From Felis catus (Eukaryota): a stretch of DNA of 64,000 nt. A program made the position numbers and the translations under genes. Location: NCBI RefSeq assembly GCF_018350175.1, contig NC_058368.1:92196001-92260000 (forward strand). Reading direction: 5' to 3'. Below the pieces are notes generated by a model, which saw nothing but the letters and a program-made list of their open reading frames with translations, searched no databases and was not told the origin of the DNA. Shown piece after piece: positions 35,002-48,854 of this stretch (the stretch's first letter is position 1; each line of letters starts with the position of its first letter).

Positions 35002-35798
35002 TCCTCTGCTCTCTTTTAAATCTGTGTTATCTACTGCAGCCAGAGTGGTCTTTTCTGACCTGGAATTCTGAGGATGTTGAGCACTCTGCTGAGCTTAAAC
35101 TTTGGATAACCATTACCTCAGGATGAAGACCTAAATCCTTAATAAGGCTCACCTGTTTCTCCTGCCTCATCTCAAACTACAACCCCTCTTTACTCCCCAT
35201 CTCCCACCATGTTCCAGTTTGCTTGGCCAATTAGTTTCTTGAAGACATCATACTCTTTCCCATCATAGCATCTTTGCATGTGCTTTTGTTTTCTTCATTG
35301 TATATTTCTTCTGCATATATCCCTTCTCTTGGTCCTCATCTTCTCTGAGAGGATGATTTTCTTGACTCATTCAAATCCCCTATTATGTGATGGTATCCTG
35401 TGCTTTTCTCTGAGAGGATTTATTACAACTCTGTTTTCACATTTATATTCTGGATTATTGGATTAATGTCTGTCTCCCTTTCTAGTGTGTAAGCTTCAAG
35501 AGAGTAGGAGGCAGCTGTGTTTCTGCTTATGATTTGTATTCCTGGGGTCTGCCATGATGACAGACACAGGATAAGTAGATAGTAAACCCTAGAAAAGACA
35601 AGCAAATGAGCAGTTCTGTAACATGAAAATCAGAATTATATTTAAATATAATGACATGACAATATCATGGGGATCACTTGACCTTTGGAATTGCTTTTGG
35701 ATTTTTATACTCCAGTTCATTAACTCAAGATTCTCATGTTTTTATGTGCATCGTCCCTGTGATGCAAACTGAGTCTGTAAAGTATTCCTATTATTTAG

Positions 35799-35906
35799 TA
35801 CAGGGAAGACCTTTTGAAGTAAAAGAAATGTTTCTGGAAGACATCTTAAGAACTACTGGATACACAAACAAAGAAATGTTAAAATACAAAAAGGAAAAAC
35901 AACGAG
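35799..35906 (+). CDS. YTHDC2: YTHDC2 exon 8
   Basis: QGRPFEVKEMFLEDILRTTGYTNKEMLKYKKEKQR; 108 nt. Confidence 0.95.
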
Positions 35907-37245
35907 GTAAGCTTTTTATCAAACAAATTTAAAACAAAAGTACTACTAATACTAAGTTTTTGGTCTTATCCTGTGGAGGTACAAGGACACTTGAAAGTAT
36001 TTTTCCCTTGCACGTAATTGTATAAAATCATATTAGAGTTTGGTCCCAAGTGTACCTGCTACGTGGTGGTTTATGTCCATAAATTATCATCTATAGAGAG
36101 GAATTGAAAGTGGATGCTGGGGTGGAGGAGGGTGAGTGTGTCTGTATCCAGAGATACAGCCACTGTTTTAAGGAGGCCGAAGACTATGTGCTGCCGAGTG
36201 TTTGACATGCCGCATACGGTAAGAATGCTACCCGCCACAGCACATTGCACAGGACCCGGATGGGGAGTAGGCAGGAGGCGTTGAAGGGAGTGGGATGTGA
36301 GTAGTAACAGGTTCATCTTTGATACAAATGCCAGGTTTTCAAATCTTGATTTCGTTATGAATTGCATCTGTGCTTACAACTTAGTGTTATTTGCCCATTA
36401 ATACATCTCTTAATCACGACTTACAGTATATCTCAGCTTTGGAGTTAGGGTGAGATTCTTCTTGGTTGCTTTTTTTTTTCCGATTTTTTTTAATGTTTAT
36501 TTTTGAGAGAGAGAGAGAGAGAGAGAGCATGAGCAGGGGAGGGGCAGAGAGAGAGAGAGGGAGACACAGAATCTGAAGCGGGCTCCAGGCTCCACTCTGT
36601 CAGCACAGAGCCTGACGTGGGGCTTGAACTCACTAAGTGAGATCATGACCTGAGCCGAAGTCGGACCCTTAACCTACTGAGCCACCCAGGCGCCCTTCTT
36701 CTTGCTTACTTTTAACTTCATTATTCGCGATACGAGATTTGGCTTCAAGCATTGTTTCCTTTGTTTAGTCTGTGTGACCTTGGACAAGAATCTTAAGTTC
36801 TTTGGATTCTCCACTTGAATAAAAGCAGTAGGAATTAGCAATTCCTATGTAGATCATAAAACTAGTAGATCTCTAAGCTTTTGAAGGTGAAAATTGTAGA
36901 TCACTTGTACCTCAAACAACTGGCATGGTGGTAGAAGTTCAATGAATGGTTTTTCTACAAAGTGCTGTATGAATATTAGTCATTGTTTTAAGCAATATTT
37001 ATAGTATGGCTCAAATAGTTTTCTTGAAATTTGGACTGACTTAGAAATAAACTTCTCACCAATAACGTGGAATAGATGATGTATTTAAGCATAAACATTA
37101 CTGGATGTTTCTCATTAATGTATTTTGAAAAAATAAAGCCAACTTTGAAGTATTTTCAGATTCACTTAATTTTTAAAAGCACAATATATTCCCCAACGTG
37201 AAGCATTTGTGTACTTTTTTGTTGTTGTTGTTGTTACTAATTTAG

Positions 37246-37394
37246 AAGAGAAGCAACAAACTACTCTTACAGAATGGTATTCAGCTCAAGAGAATACATT
37301 CAAGCCTGAATCTCAGAGGCAGAGAACTGTTCCGAATGTGACTGAAGAGTATGATTTGTTGGATGATGGTGGTGATGCTGTCTTTAGCCAGTTG
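37246..37394 (+). CDS. YTHDC2: YTHDC2 exon 9
   Basis: EKQQTTLTEWYSAQEN...DDGGDAVFSQL; 149 nt. Confidence 0.94.
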
Positions 37395-38443
37395 GTAAGA
37401 CCTTGTTGATTTCACAGTGATATTTTGAGTGAAAATTGTGTAGTTTAAAGAACATCTTACGAGATTATAATATGTTACTGAATTATTACAGTGTAATTCT
37501 CTTAGTTTATCTTAGGCTACAACACATTTTTCAGAAAAACTTTCTAACACTTTTTTTTGGCAAATAATGCAACATTTTTTATTGTTTTATATGAATTTAA
37601 ATTATGTCAATATTTTCTCTGATTTTTTTGAAGACAATAAAGATATTATGGATATATGTTATCATTGCCTGATATTTTATCATCTCAAAAGTTTTTTTTA
37701 TTAAAATTTTTTTATGTTTATTAATTTTGAAAGAGGCAGAACATGAGTGGGGGAGAAACAGAGAGGGAGACACAGAATCCAGAGTAGGCTCCAAGCTCTG
37801 AGCTGTCAGCACAGAACCCAGTGCAGGGCTCGAACCCATGAACCACAAGATCATGACCTGAGGCAAAGTTGGATGCTTAACCCACTGAGCTACCCAGGTG
37901 CCCCTATCATCTCAAAAGTTTAAGAACCTGTGAGCTGAACAATGTAAGATAAGTTCAGTTAAGAGAAAATTGAGAAAAAACTTTTGATATTAGAGCCCAT
38001 AGTCAATACTGGTGTTGTTTCTACAACCAACCAGCTATGTGACTTTATAAAATCAGTTACCTGCTGTAGACCTCAGTTTATTCTTTTCTTCTGCTTTTCT
38101 TTTTTCTATTTTGCCACAGAATGTTTTACAAATGAAATATTTTGTAGAAGCCCTGCCTGCTCGTCTTTACCGTCCAATCCCATCCCTACGTGGGGCTTCT
38201 GCTACCTTGGGTTCCATTGAAACTGTTTGAATCCAGGTTGAAAACTGGAACTAGCTGATTTCCTAGGTCCCTTCTGGTCTTTAATTCTGGTTTAGAATTC
38301 TTTAAAAGGCACTGGTGATTAGTGTGATGCAAAATATTGCTGGGCCTATGCACTTTTTGGAAAAAGAATTTAACTGTTTTGAGCATGAGAAGGTACATAT
38401 GCAGGTGCATTTGGTTCAGTGAATAGCCTTTTGACCATTAAAT

Positions 38444-38610
38444 CAGTGTTTCTTAAGCCTGGTTGCACATGAGCATCACCTCAGGAACTTATTTTAAAGC
38501 CCTTATGGAATCTTGCCTCCACCAGCAGAGGTTCTCATGAATTTGGCATCAGTGTTGAAATAACACCAGTGTTGGCCCCTGTGATGTGCAGCTGGGAGAG
38601 AGAACCACTG
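38444..38610. mobile_element. MER5A-like hAT MITE
   Basis: Ends cagtgtttcttaa...gagaaccactg are inverted termini. Confidence 0.7.
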
Positions 38611-38902
38611 GTATACAAGTATATTTAGCAACATTTTGCTAGAAACACACTTAGGTAATATTTTGACTGAATCATGCTCCTTTGGTTACAAACTCATTCT
38701 CAGATGAAAGATAAATGTAAGAACAAGATCCGATATTGTAAGTGGAGTGTGTGTGTTCAGATGAGAAACTTTTATGTCAAAGCCTGTGCTATTATATGTG
38801 GTTAGTAGTTCTTGTGGCCATTGTGTCATCTCATATTCTTTGCAAGCAAAGGTTAAGCTGTCAGGTAATTTATAACCTCTGCTTTTGTTTTGTTTTTTAA
38901 AG

Positions 38903-39038
38903 ACAGAAAAAGATGTGAATTGCCTTGAACCATGGTTAATAAAGGAAATGGATGCTTGTCTTTCTGACATATGGCTACATAAAGATGTCGATGCCTTCGC
39001 TCAGGTCTTTCACCTTATTTTAACTGAAAATGTTAGCG
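38903..39038 (+). CDS. YTHDC2: YTHDC2 exon 10
   Basis: TEKDVNCLEPWLIKEMDACLSDIWLHKDVDAFAQVFHLILTENVS; 136 nt. Confidence 0.95.
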
Positions 39039-39540
39039 GTATGTATAACTTCTTAAAAAATATATTTTTTTACTCTTACAGTTATTTATGGTGGAAATGT
39101 AGTTTAATTCAGAATGTATGTACTACATTTGTTGTTCACAACCAATAATTTGTTCTTTTGGAGTACTTATTTCAAATGGACAAATCAAGATCTTATTAGC
39201 ATAGTAGAATAAATATTGTGTTAAATTAGGGATTCTTTTTTTTTTTTTTAATGTTAATTTTTGAAAGAGAGACAGAGCATGAGTGGGGCGGGGGAGTGGG
39301 AGTGGCAGAGAGAGAGGGAGACACTGAATCTGAAGCAGGCTCCAGGCTCTGAGCTGTCAGGGTAGGGCCCGACATGGTACTTGAACTCATGAACTGTGAG
39401 ATCATGACCTGAGCTGAAGTTGGACGCTTAACCGACTGAGCCACCCAAGCGCCCCTAAATCAGGGATTCTTAATCTAGTTGTCTTCAGAATAGCTATGTG
39501 GGGGTCTGTGAGTATATGTGCAGTTATGTGCAGAGGTATT

Positions 39541-39590
39541 TTTCTGTATATATATTGTACCCATATTTCTGTATATATATTGTACCCATA
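39541..39590. repeat. Perfect 25-bp tandem duplication
   Basis: tttctgtatatatattgtacccata x2. Confidence 0.95.
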
Positions 39591-41281
39591 AATACATGTT
39601 CCTTCCCTCCCAAGGGAATATCTTTGATTTTTTGAAATTTATGATTTCAAAAAAGGAAGGAAAAAAAAGATTGATAACTTTGCTCTAGATTTTGTATTTA
39701 GTAAGTGGAGAATTTTAACATACCGTTAGTTATTTAAGCTCAAGTACTCATTCACATGCACATGCTTTATGTCATGTGATACGTTTTCATAATGACCTAG
39801 CCTGATTTTGTTAGTTGATTATAGTGACTATTGGTAACCAGAGGTGAGTTTCAGAACTCTGAAGCCTTCTAGACAAAAGACAGAATGAAAGGCCAGAGAG
39901 TCAGTACTGGAAATGATTTAGATGTCAAGTGGTTTATCCCCTCAACTAAACTTCTCAGTGTTACTATTATTATTATTGATCACTCCTTTCTTGAAACATT
40001 TCCTTCAATCAACCTATCCTATTCCAGCTGGAACTTCTTGGTTTCCTTCGCAGAATCTTCCCTTTTCCTAACCTCTAAATATGCAATGGCCCAGGCCTCA
40101 GTCCTTAGGCCTTGCTTCAGTTTACACGGACTCCTTTTGTGGTTCTCATCTAGTCATAGCTTTAAATACTTATTGTCTCTTAGTGACCAGCTTCAGGTAC
40201 AGTAGGTCAATCAGCCTAAAAATCTTTACTCTTTACTTACATCAATTCAGCCGATGGTTAGTATAGCTCGTTGCCAACCACATTGTCTTAGTGATTCATA
40301 TCACCTTTAAAACTTCTAGTTCTTTTTTTTTTTTTAACATGGGATTTTGTTAAATGAATGCCCCCTATCATTTACATGTTGTTCTGATTTTTCTTATTTT
40401 TATTTTTTTTGAGTTTTTAAATCTCATAATTAGATTTGGCCCATTGGTTTTGGTTAACAACCCCCCTCCCCCCCGCCCCCGCCACCCAGTTCTAATTGTT
40501 ACCTAGTGTATTAATAAACCTTCTCAGTTTATTAGCTCAGAAGGACTGGGTCAATGACCATGTACTATGTATGCTAGAAGAGGCTTTAGGTCAATATTTA
40601 GGTGTAGTTGTTCAAATGGCTATAATTCCATAATGTACTAATCTAACAGACCTCTTAAGAAGGAAATGAAGATCTTTGTAAATTTAGTTTGATCTACTTT
40701 TTTTTCCAGTTTATCAGTCATTAAAAAAATAATCTGTATTTTGAAAAGTAACTTTTTGTATTTGGAAATGTGAACATTTGTTCCTCTCCAGTTTTCTGGC
40801 AGTCTTTTTTTCTCCAAAAGAGAAATGCCTTGCCATCTTACCTGAAAGTTAGGAAAATTTGAACTCTGAGGCAAGTTGCCTTAAAATATTTATGAAGCAT
40901 TAATGTATTATTCTTGACCTTCATCCTAGATACTTCTTTAGTGTATACTATTACTTCGATGTCATCATCCTATGCATCCAGGTCCTGCATCTTTATAAAA
41001 GTGTCACTGGACATTTTCTAGAGTGCGCTATGCTAGTATTTTAAGCTGTGTGAAGCAAACTAAAATGTTGTAGTAATTCTTTGAACAGTTATTGACTTCC
41101 TGTCTTTTTATTTTTCTTCTAAAATCTCAATCCTTAATTGGCACCAGAGTTGAAAATACTTCATGTAATCCAGGAGACCCTGGGCTTCATAGGTTTCTTT
41201 TTAATGTTGTCAGTTTCTCCATGTGATCCTGTGGAAGCAGTTGGTAATTAGTAAGATGCAGGCATTCTTTGTCATGCTTAT

Positions 41282-41795
41282 TGTCCTAGTTACCTATTGC
41301 TGCATAACAAATCATTCCTAAACTTAGCAACCTGAAACATTTATTATCTCACACTGCTTCTGAGAATCAAGAATCTGAGAGTGGCAAAACTGAGTGGTTC
41401 TGGCTCCTAGTGACTCATAGAACAGTAGTGAAGCTGTTGTTAGGGGTTTGGTCATCTGAAGGTTTCACTGGAACTGGAGCATCTGGTTCCGAGGAGGCTC
41501 CCTGACATGGCTCTTGGCAAGAGGCCTCCAGTCATCTCTGCTTTTGGCATAAGGCTTCAGTTCGTTGCCATGTGGATCTCTTCATAGGGCTGGCTGTCTT
41601 ATTCTTCCTAGGATGTGACAGCTGGCTTCTTTCAGAGTGAGTGATCAAAAGAGAAGGAGAAAAAGCAAGCAGGAAGCTGTAGGTACCTTTTAGAGTGAGT
41701 TACGTAGTCTAGCTCTTACTCTAGGAGAATGGAATTAGGCTCTGCCTCTTGAAGAGAGGAGTACCAAGGAATTGTTGGATACTTATTAATACCCT
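41282..41795. mobile_element. MLT1 (ERVL-MaLR) solo LTR
   Basis: tagttacctattgctgcataacaaatcattcctaaacttagc...catttattatctcac hallmark. Confidence 0.8.
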
Positions 41796-43143
41796 GCTGC
41801 TGAAAATACATACTTATTCGTACCTGCTGCTCAAAAATATACACATTTTGGTTCTGTTCTCCAGGGCTATCAAATGACTATTCAGTTGAAGCTGTAATTC
41901 TCTTACAGTGAGTATAGGTCATAATCTTTTCAGACCTTTTTAAAAATGCGTGTGCCTGGCCATCCCAGACTTACCGACTCTGAATCTAGAGTAAATCATG
42001 GCTATCTGTGCTTTTAGAAATAAGAAGCTTGAGGTAATTCTCTTCTGAGTCCTCCTCCCCATCTTAAGAACCATTGATTTGTATTAATGGTTACCATGTT
42101 GTAGAGTATTATTAAACAATGAGAATAATTGGGTATCTAAAATTTTCCATTTGTAATTATCTTAAATTTTACTGCAGAGGTTCCCCCCCTGCCACCCAGT
42201 GGTTCTTTATTTTTGAAATTACCAGTTTTATAATTTAAGCAAACTGGTGCTAAGTAATTTTAATATATTGCATTCCTTGAGACATATATTCTAGGAAAGA
42301 ACTTAAACTCAATAGACCTTTGTTTTTCTCATGGAGGGATTTTATGGTTTGTAAACTTTCTGCCAATGCTTTATTTCCATTAAACATCTGAGTAAGTAAC
42401 AGCCTGGAATGGTGGAATGAAAACAAAACGAAAGAACAACAAAAAATGGTCTTGAACTTTGCATTTGCACTTTTAAGCATTCATTACCAGTTGCTGATGA
42501 ACATTAACTTTTTAATTCTTTGTATTTTGTCATCTGATGATTAAGACATATCCAGGCTTAGGAAAATTATTTAAGGGTTCTGCAGGTTACTAGTTTTCCT
42601 CTTCTGTTTTAATTATCATGGTGAGCTTAAGACAGCTTAACAACTATCTTTCCTTCTCTTGCCTTCCAAATGATTGTCCCTATTCCATCATTTATTTTTA
42701 TTTATTTGTTTGTTTGTTTATTTATTTATTTATTTATTTATTTATTATTTTTTTAGAGAGAGTGTGAGTGGGGGAGAGGGACAGAGGGCAAGGGAGAGAG
42801 AATCCCAAGCAGGCTCTGCACTTAGCATGGAGCCTGACATGGGGCTCAATCCTGTGACCCTGGGATCATGACCTGAGCTGAAGTCAAAAGTTGGATGCTC
42901 AACTGACTGAGCCACCCAGGCGCCCCTCCTCCATTGTGTTTATATTAAAAGCATATGAATGACATCTCCTTGGATGATCTGAGTTAAGGTTATGTAATAC
43001 TGTTACCATGTAGTGGGTTAAGGCGCAAAGTCCCAAGTGAATTCTCCTGACAGTCATTTATTTCTTTCATTTAACTTAAAAAAAATTAAAACGATTTAAA
43101 AAATTTGGAAATGTAACCTATATTTATCTTTTCCTGTTTTTAG

Positions 43144-43270
43144 TTGATTATAGGCATAGCGAAACCAGTGCAACAGCTCTGATGGTTGCTGCTGGACGAG
43201 GTTTTTCAAGTCAAGTAGAGCAGTTAATTAGCATGGGAGCCAACGTGCACAGTAAAGCGTCAAATGGCTG
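43144..43270 (+). CDS. YTHDC2: YTHDC2 exon 11 (ankyrin repeat)
   Basis: DYRHSETSATALMVAAGRGFSSQVEQLISMGANVHSKASNG; 127 nt. Confidence 0.96.
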
Positions 43271-43473
43271 GTAATTGTAAACTGCATCCGTTCTTTGTAT
43301 GTCTTGGTCCAGCTACACATACTGTCTTTGATTTCTTACGTTTGTCTTTATGTTAAAAGCTGTTCTATAATAATTGCTGGAATATCTCTAATGGGTGAAT
43401 GAATAATGTGACTAGTTTTATAATTTTGAAAACATCATTTTTCTAATAGTTTGATATCTTTGAATTTTGGCAG

Positions 43474-43539
43474 GATGGCTTTAGATTGGGCTAAACACTT
43501 TGGACAGACTGAAATTGTGGATCTTCTGGAATCTTACAG
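43474..43539 (+). CDS. YTHDC2: YTHDC2 exon 12 (ankyrin repeat)
   Basis: MALDWAKHFGQTEIVDLLESY; 66 nt. Confidence 0.95.
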
Positions 43540-46500
43540 GTAAAACTTTATTCTGTGCTTAATTAACCCTAACTTCTTTTTATTTAAAAAAAAATTTTTT
43601 TTAACATTTATTCATTTTGAGAGACAGAGGCAGAGCATGAGCAGGGGAGGGGGAGAGAGAGAGAGAGATACAGAATCCGAAGCAGGCTCCAGGCTCTGAG
43701 CTGTTTGTTAGCACAGAGCCCGACGCGGGGCTTGAACTCACAAACCGCAAGACCAGGACCTGAGCTGAAGTCGGACGCTCAACTGACTGAGCCACCCAGG
43801 TGCCCCCTAACTTCTTTTGTAAAAGCTTAGCTGTGAAAATCAGTATGATGCTGTAGGCTATAGTCTCTTATTCAGAGATTTTCTTTTGTGTTTTGTGTTT
43901 TTTTTTTTTTTGCTTTTTTTTTCTTGCTGTTGGTTTTTGAATTCTAAGGAATTCTAAGGAAAAAAAAATTTTTTGTAGGGTGCCGGTAAGATCCACTATG
44001 CTGTAATAATTTATTTTATTTTGAAAAACAGAAGGATTTCCAGTTAAACATGGTAGCTAGAACACATGTAATTTATCTGCATTTTCACAAAACCTCGTTG
44101 AAATGGTACAGAAGGAATGTTCAAGCTAATAAAGTGAAAGAGATTGGAAGAGGTCATAGCAACTGATCGAAGAAATTAGTAAATTTTTGGGTACTAGAAG
44201 GCTAGTGGATCGGTGCTGGTTGACGTGGCAGAGCTGAGAAAACTGAAACCTGAGTGCCCACAGAGGGAAGTGCCAGTGAGAAACAGATTCATTTTAGCTT
44301 CTTAGAGGCTCACTTAACTAATTCTTTTTTTTTAAATGAATCTTTTTTTTTTTTTAATGTTTATTTTTGAGAGAGAGACAGAGCGTGAGTAGGGAGGGGC
44401 AGAGAGAGAGGGAGACACAGATCTGAAGCAGGCTCCAGGCTCTGAGCTGTTAGCACAGAGGTCGACGCGGAACTCAAACTCGTCAACCGTGAGATCATGA
44501 CCTGAGCTGAAGTCGGACACTCAACTGACTGAGCCACCCAGGCGCCCCTCACTTAACTACTTCTGAATAACAGTGAAAGAAAAGGCCAAAAACAAAACAA
44601 AAACAAAAAACACAACAACAAAAAACCCCTCAAAATCCCAGAATTGATTGAAATTCTCTATGAGGAACATTTAGAATTCCAGATTCCCTTCTCCCCTCCA
44701 CCAGGTGATACCACTTCCCCACCTTTGCAGGAAGTGGGAAGTATATTAAAAAATAAAGCCACGGACATGTTGGACTTGGAGGTACCAGGCACAGTGGGAG
44801 AGTAGGAGTGAGGCATCAAACAGAAAAGTCTAAAGACTGAAAGTTGAGGTACCATCCACTCGCTTCCACTGCTGTCCTGTTGCCTTTTCCTGTTTGAAGC
44901 TTATGTTCTTTAGCAGAAAACTTGAGAATTCTTTCCTGGGAAAACAGACGAAGCCGAGGGAAAAGAATTAGAATTATAGAAGGTTGGGTATTCCTTCAGT
45001 GAAATGACCATCTTTAAACTAGATAGCTCAGCAATTGTCACCTGTGCAGATGGAGTTTTTTTTTTTTTTTTTTTTTTTCATTGTCTTTAAAGATGAGCAA
45101 AATGTTGGGGATTGATCACTGGGAATCTTTGAGGGGAAAAAGCACCCACAATCCAACAGACAACAATAGCAACCAAAAAACCTGGAACTTGGATGGGACT
45201 AAGTGTTAGTGACCAGAAGAAGACTTCAAAAACTAATAGAAAATATTCATGAAAGAGAAACAATGTGTTATAAAACAGGAACAGAACACATATCTTTGTT
45301 TAAATCTTACCTTCATGGGGGCTACCTAATTAATCCTATTACTGCAGTCTACCTCCTGTGCTACTGATCCTCCTTAACTGATTCTACTTTGATTTAAAAA
45401 AGAAGAATCAGACAATACTTTTCACAGTCCTATGAAACAAAGCCTTCATTTTGGTAATTAAAGCTTTTAGGTAAATTTAGGTCAGATTGTGTAGATTTTA
45501 ATGTTTATTTTTGAGACAGAGACTGAGACAGTGCATGAACTGGGGAGGGTCAAAGAAAGAGGGAGACACAGAATCTGAAACAGGCTCCAGGCTCTGAGCT
45601 GTCAGCACAGAGCCTGACGCGGGGCTCGAACTCACGGACTGCGAGATCACAACCTGAGCCGAAGTCAGACGCTTAACCAACTGAGCCACCCAGGCGCCCC
45701 CAGATTGTGTAGATTTTAGATTAGATATCTTAAGAAAAGAGAAAGATATTTTATTAAAGGAAAAGGTACCTGAAAAAAACATGTTTAGTAATACGTGGAT
45801 AGCATCTATCGGTCTTCAACCTATAAGAATCAAAAGTGAAAAAAATGGAATTTGAAGTTAAAATATATCAAAACATCTTTTATTGAAGAACATATAAATG
45901 TTTTATATGAGTTGGGTTTTTGTATTTAATTCTATAGATATAGTCTCAGGTATTAGATGAAGTATGTTTGAAGTATGAAATTAGTCTTTTCGTTTTAATT
46001 TCAATTAAATGCTAATGACGTTTAGAGTGACAAAGTTCTTAGCAATGGCAGGATTTGTTGTCATTTCAGTTAATAGCACCCAGAACTTGCAGTCCTTTTA
46101 GTGCTAATACTTTGAATGCTTCACTTTGAATGCTTCTTAGGGTGCTAGGAAGTATCTCAGTAGACACTATACATTACCAAGTACAGGAGTTATCTGGATA
46201 ATATTCTAATTATCCTGGCTACCTGGGCTTTCTTTTTAGTCCACAGATCATGACATTATCAATCACCAATTTTAAACATTTAAAATGCAATTTATTAATA
46301 AAACGTGTGTTGGATTATTGATAATTGATATGTAAAGTCAGTGGGTTTTTTTTTGAGAGTGCTAGTGGAGAGGGGCAAAGGGAAAGAGAGAGAGCATCTC
46401 AAGCAGGTTCCACACCCAGTATGTAGCCCGACATGGGGCTCCATCCCACGACCATGACATCATGACCCGAACTGAAATCAAGAGTTGGGTGTTCAACTGA

Positions 46501-47004
46501 CTGAGCCAACCAGGCTCCCTTGAAGTTAGAGCTTTAAACAAAGAACATACTCCTCTCCTCATTTACCTGTTAAGAAGTAAAAAACCAAAAAACTTGGAGT
46601 ATTTGAAAAAGGATCTTAAATTTAAAATACTACAATTTTAAGTTTAATATTTTCCCTATTGAGATCAGGCTTCATTTTCTGCTAAGCTCTTTAAGAGAAA
46701 TGGGCTGAAATGAACTTCCTAGAAATCTTATTGATAGTTACTGGTGATGTTAGTAGTTTATATTTTTATATAGAGGATGAAGAAGCAAGCAATTATTTAA
46801 TTTATGCTGATTCTGGGCTTTTGGAAAGTAGTGAAATCAATCTGCTTTTAGAATAGAATTACCAAGTTAGCAGTCATGTTAAGCTGGTACCTGTAGAATT
46901 GTGGTTTGTTTGTTTTTTTAACATAGACTTTTCTTCAGAGTATTGTTTATAAGAGTGAACAACCTGTTGAAATATAAATGATGATTGAAAATTTGTGTCT
47001 TTTA

Positions 47005-47760
47005 AGTTTTATTATGGTAAAATACCACATGAGTTAGTTCACCCATGTTACACAGTCATTACCACAATCAATTTTGAGAACGTTTTCATTACCCATCTCC
47101 CCCCAAAAAACGCAACTCTTCCAGCTCTCGACACCTAGTGTACTTTCTGTTTCTGTAGGTTTGTTTATTCTGTACACTTAATCTAAGTGGAATGGTATCA
47201 TACTTGGTCTTTTTGTGATTGGCTTCTTTCATTAGCATAATGTGTTCCAAGGTTCATCCATGTTGTAGTAGGTGTTCTTTTTCTGACTAATAACCTACTC
47301 TGTGGATACATCACGATTTGTTTAACCATTCATCAATTGATGAACATTTGGGTTTCCACTTTTTGACTCTTACCAATAATTCTGGTATGAACATTTGTGT
47401 ACACATATTTATATGGACATGTATTTTCATTTCCCTTGTTTATATACCTAGCAGTGGAAGTGGAATTGCTGGGACGTGTGGTCACACTGTGTTTAACATT
47501 TTGAGGAACCACCATATTCTTTTTCAAAGTGGCTTCACCATTTTATGCTCTCACCAGCAATGTATGATGGTTACAGTTTCTCCACACTCTCTCTCCACAC
47601 TTACTTTCTTGTCTTTTTTTTATTGTAGTCCTCCTAGTGAGTGTGAAGTGGTATTCATTGTGGTTTTGATTTTCATTTCTCTGATGACTAATGATGTTGA
47701 ACATCTTTTCAGTGTGTTTATTGGCCGTTCGTATATTGTCTTTGGAGAAATGTCTTCAGA
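47005..47760 (-). mobile_element. Old L1M 3' end
   Basis: aggttcatccatgttgtag, ccattcatcaattgatgaacatttgggttt, ctgatgactaatgatgttgaacatctttt. Confidence 0.85.
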
Positions 47761-47992
47761 TTGTGTTTTCAAAAATCACTTACTGACAAATTTTACTTTG
47801 GATAATGTACTGTAAACCAAAACATGAATTGTAGCTGGGACATTAAGTATCACTTCCCTCTTTAGGGCGTATTTAAAATTTGAAGAAGGATATCATGGGA
47901 ATTGTTGGCCTTAAAGGATTACTCTTTTTTGATGAAAATTGAGTTTGTGGTTTTTTTTGTTGTTGTTGTTGTTTTTGTCTTTTTTTTCCTAG

Positions 47993-48171
47993 TGCTTCAC
48001 TGGAATTTGGAAATCTAGATGAAAGTTCTCTGGTACACACAAATGGGAGTGACCTCAGTGCAGAAGACAGAGAGCTCCTGAAAGCTTATCATCACAGTTT
48101 TGATGATGAAAAAGTAGACTTGGATTTGATCATGCACCTTCTATACAATATCTGCCATGGTTGCGATGCTG
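47993..48171 (+). CDS. YTHDC2: YTHDC2 exon 13
   Basis: ASLEFGNLDESSLVHTNGSDLSAEDRELLKAYHHSFDDEKVDLDLIMHLLYNICHGCDA; 179 nt. Confidence 0.95.
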
Positions 48172-48421
48172 GTAAATAACTACTGTCTAAAATAACTGGA
48201 ACAACAGTGTATACTTCGATTTCAAAATTAATATGTTGTGTGTACAGATTTTTGTGTAATTCCATTGGCAGTATTGCATAAATAATCTCTTAAACATCAT
48301 AAGTGTCACAGTTTATTGGTACATAAAAACACGTGATAGAGTTCATTATAGATGGTTCTGTTGATTGGTTCTGGTTTGTAAAACCGGAGGTTTACTGTTA
48401 AAAACATTATTCTTCTCCAAG

Positions 48422-48518
48422 GAGCAATATTAATTTTCCTGCCTGGATATGATGAAATTGTTGGACTGCGGGATCGTATCCTGTTTGATGATAAGCGGTT
48501 TGCTGATAACACACACAG
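48422..48518 (+). CDS. YTHDC2: YTHDC2 exon 14 (motif IV LIFLPG)
   Basis: AILIFLPGYDEIVGLRDRILFDDKRFADNTH; AAG acceptor; 97 nt. Confidence 0.95.
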
Positions 48519-48597
48519 GTAAAAGCTAAAGCTTTATATTTGCTGCTTTAAGTAACAGATAGGTACCATAGTGTATTTTCCCTTTCATTGTCAACAG

Positions 48598-48685
48598 ATA
48601 TCAAGTCTTTATGCTTCATTCAAATATGCAAACATCTGATCAAAAGAAGGTATTGAAAAACCCGCCTGCTGGTGTTCGAAAAATT
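48598..48685 (+). CDS. YTHDC2: YTHDC2 exon 15
   Basis: YQVFMLHSNMQTSDQKKVLKNPPAGVRKI; 88 nt after a 79-nt intron. Confidence 0.96.
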
Positions 48686-48773
48686 GTAAGCTTTATAAAA
48701 TCTTCTTTTGTCCATTTTATTAGTCATTGGTCCTGTTTTCGTATTAACTGTAACATAACATTCCATTTTGCAG

Positions 48774-48854
48774 ATCCTTTCCACCAATATTGCTGAAACC
48801 AGCATCACAGTCAATGATGTTGTCTTTGTTATTGATTCTGGTAAGGTGAAAGAG
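48774..48854 (+). CDS. YTHDC2: YTHDC2 exon 16 (motif [11 protein letters not shown])
   Basis: [27 protein letters not shown]; 81 nt. Confidence 0.96.
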
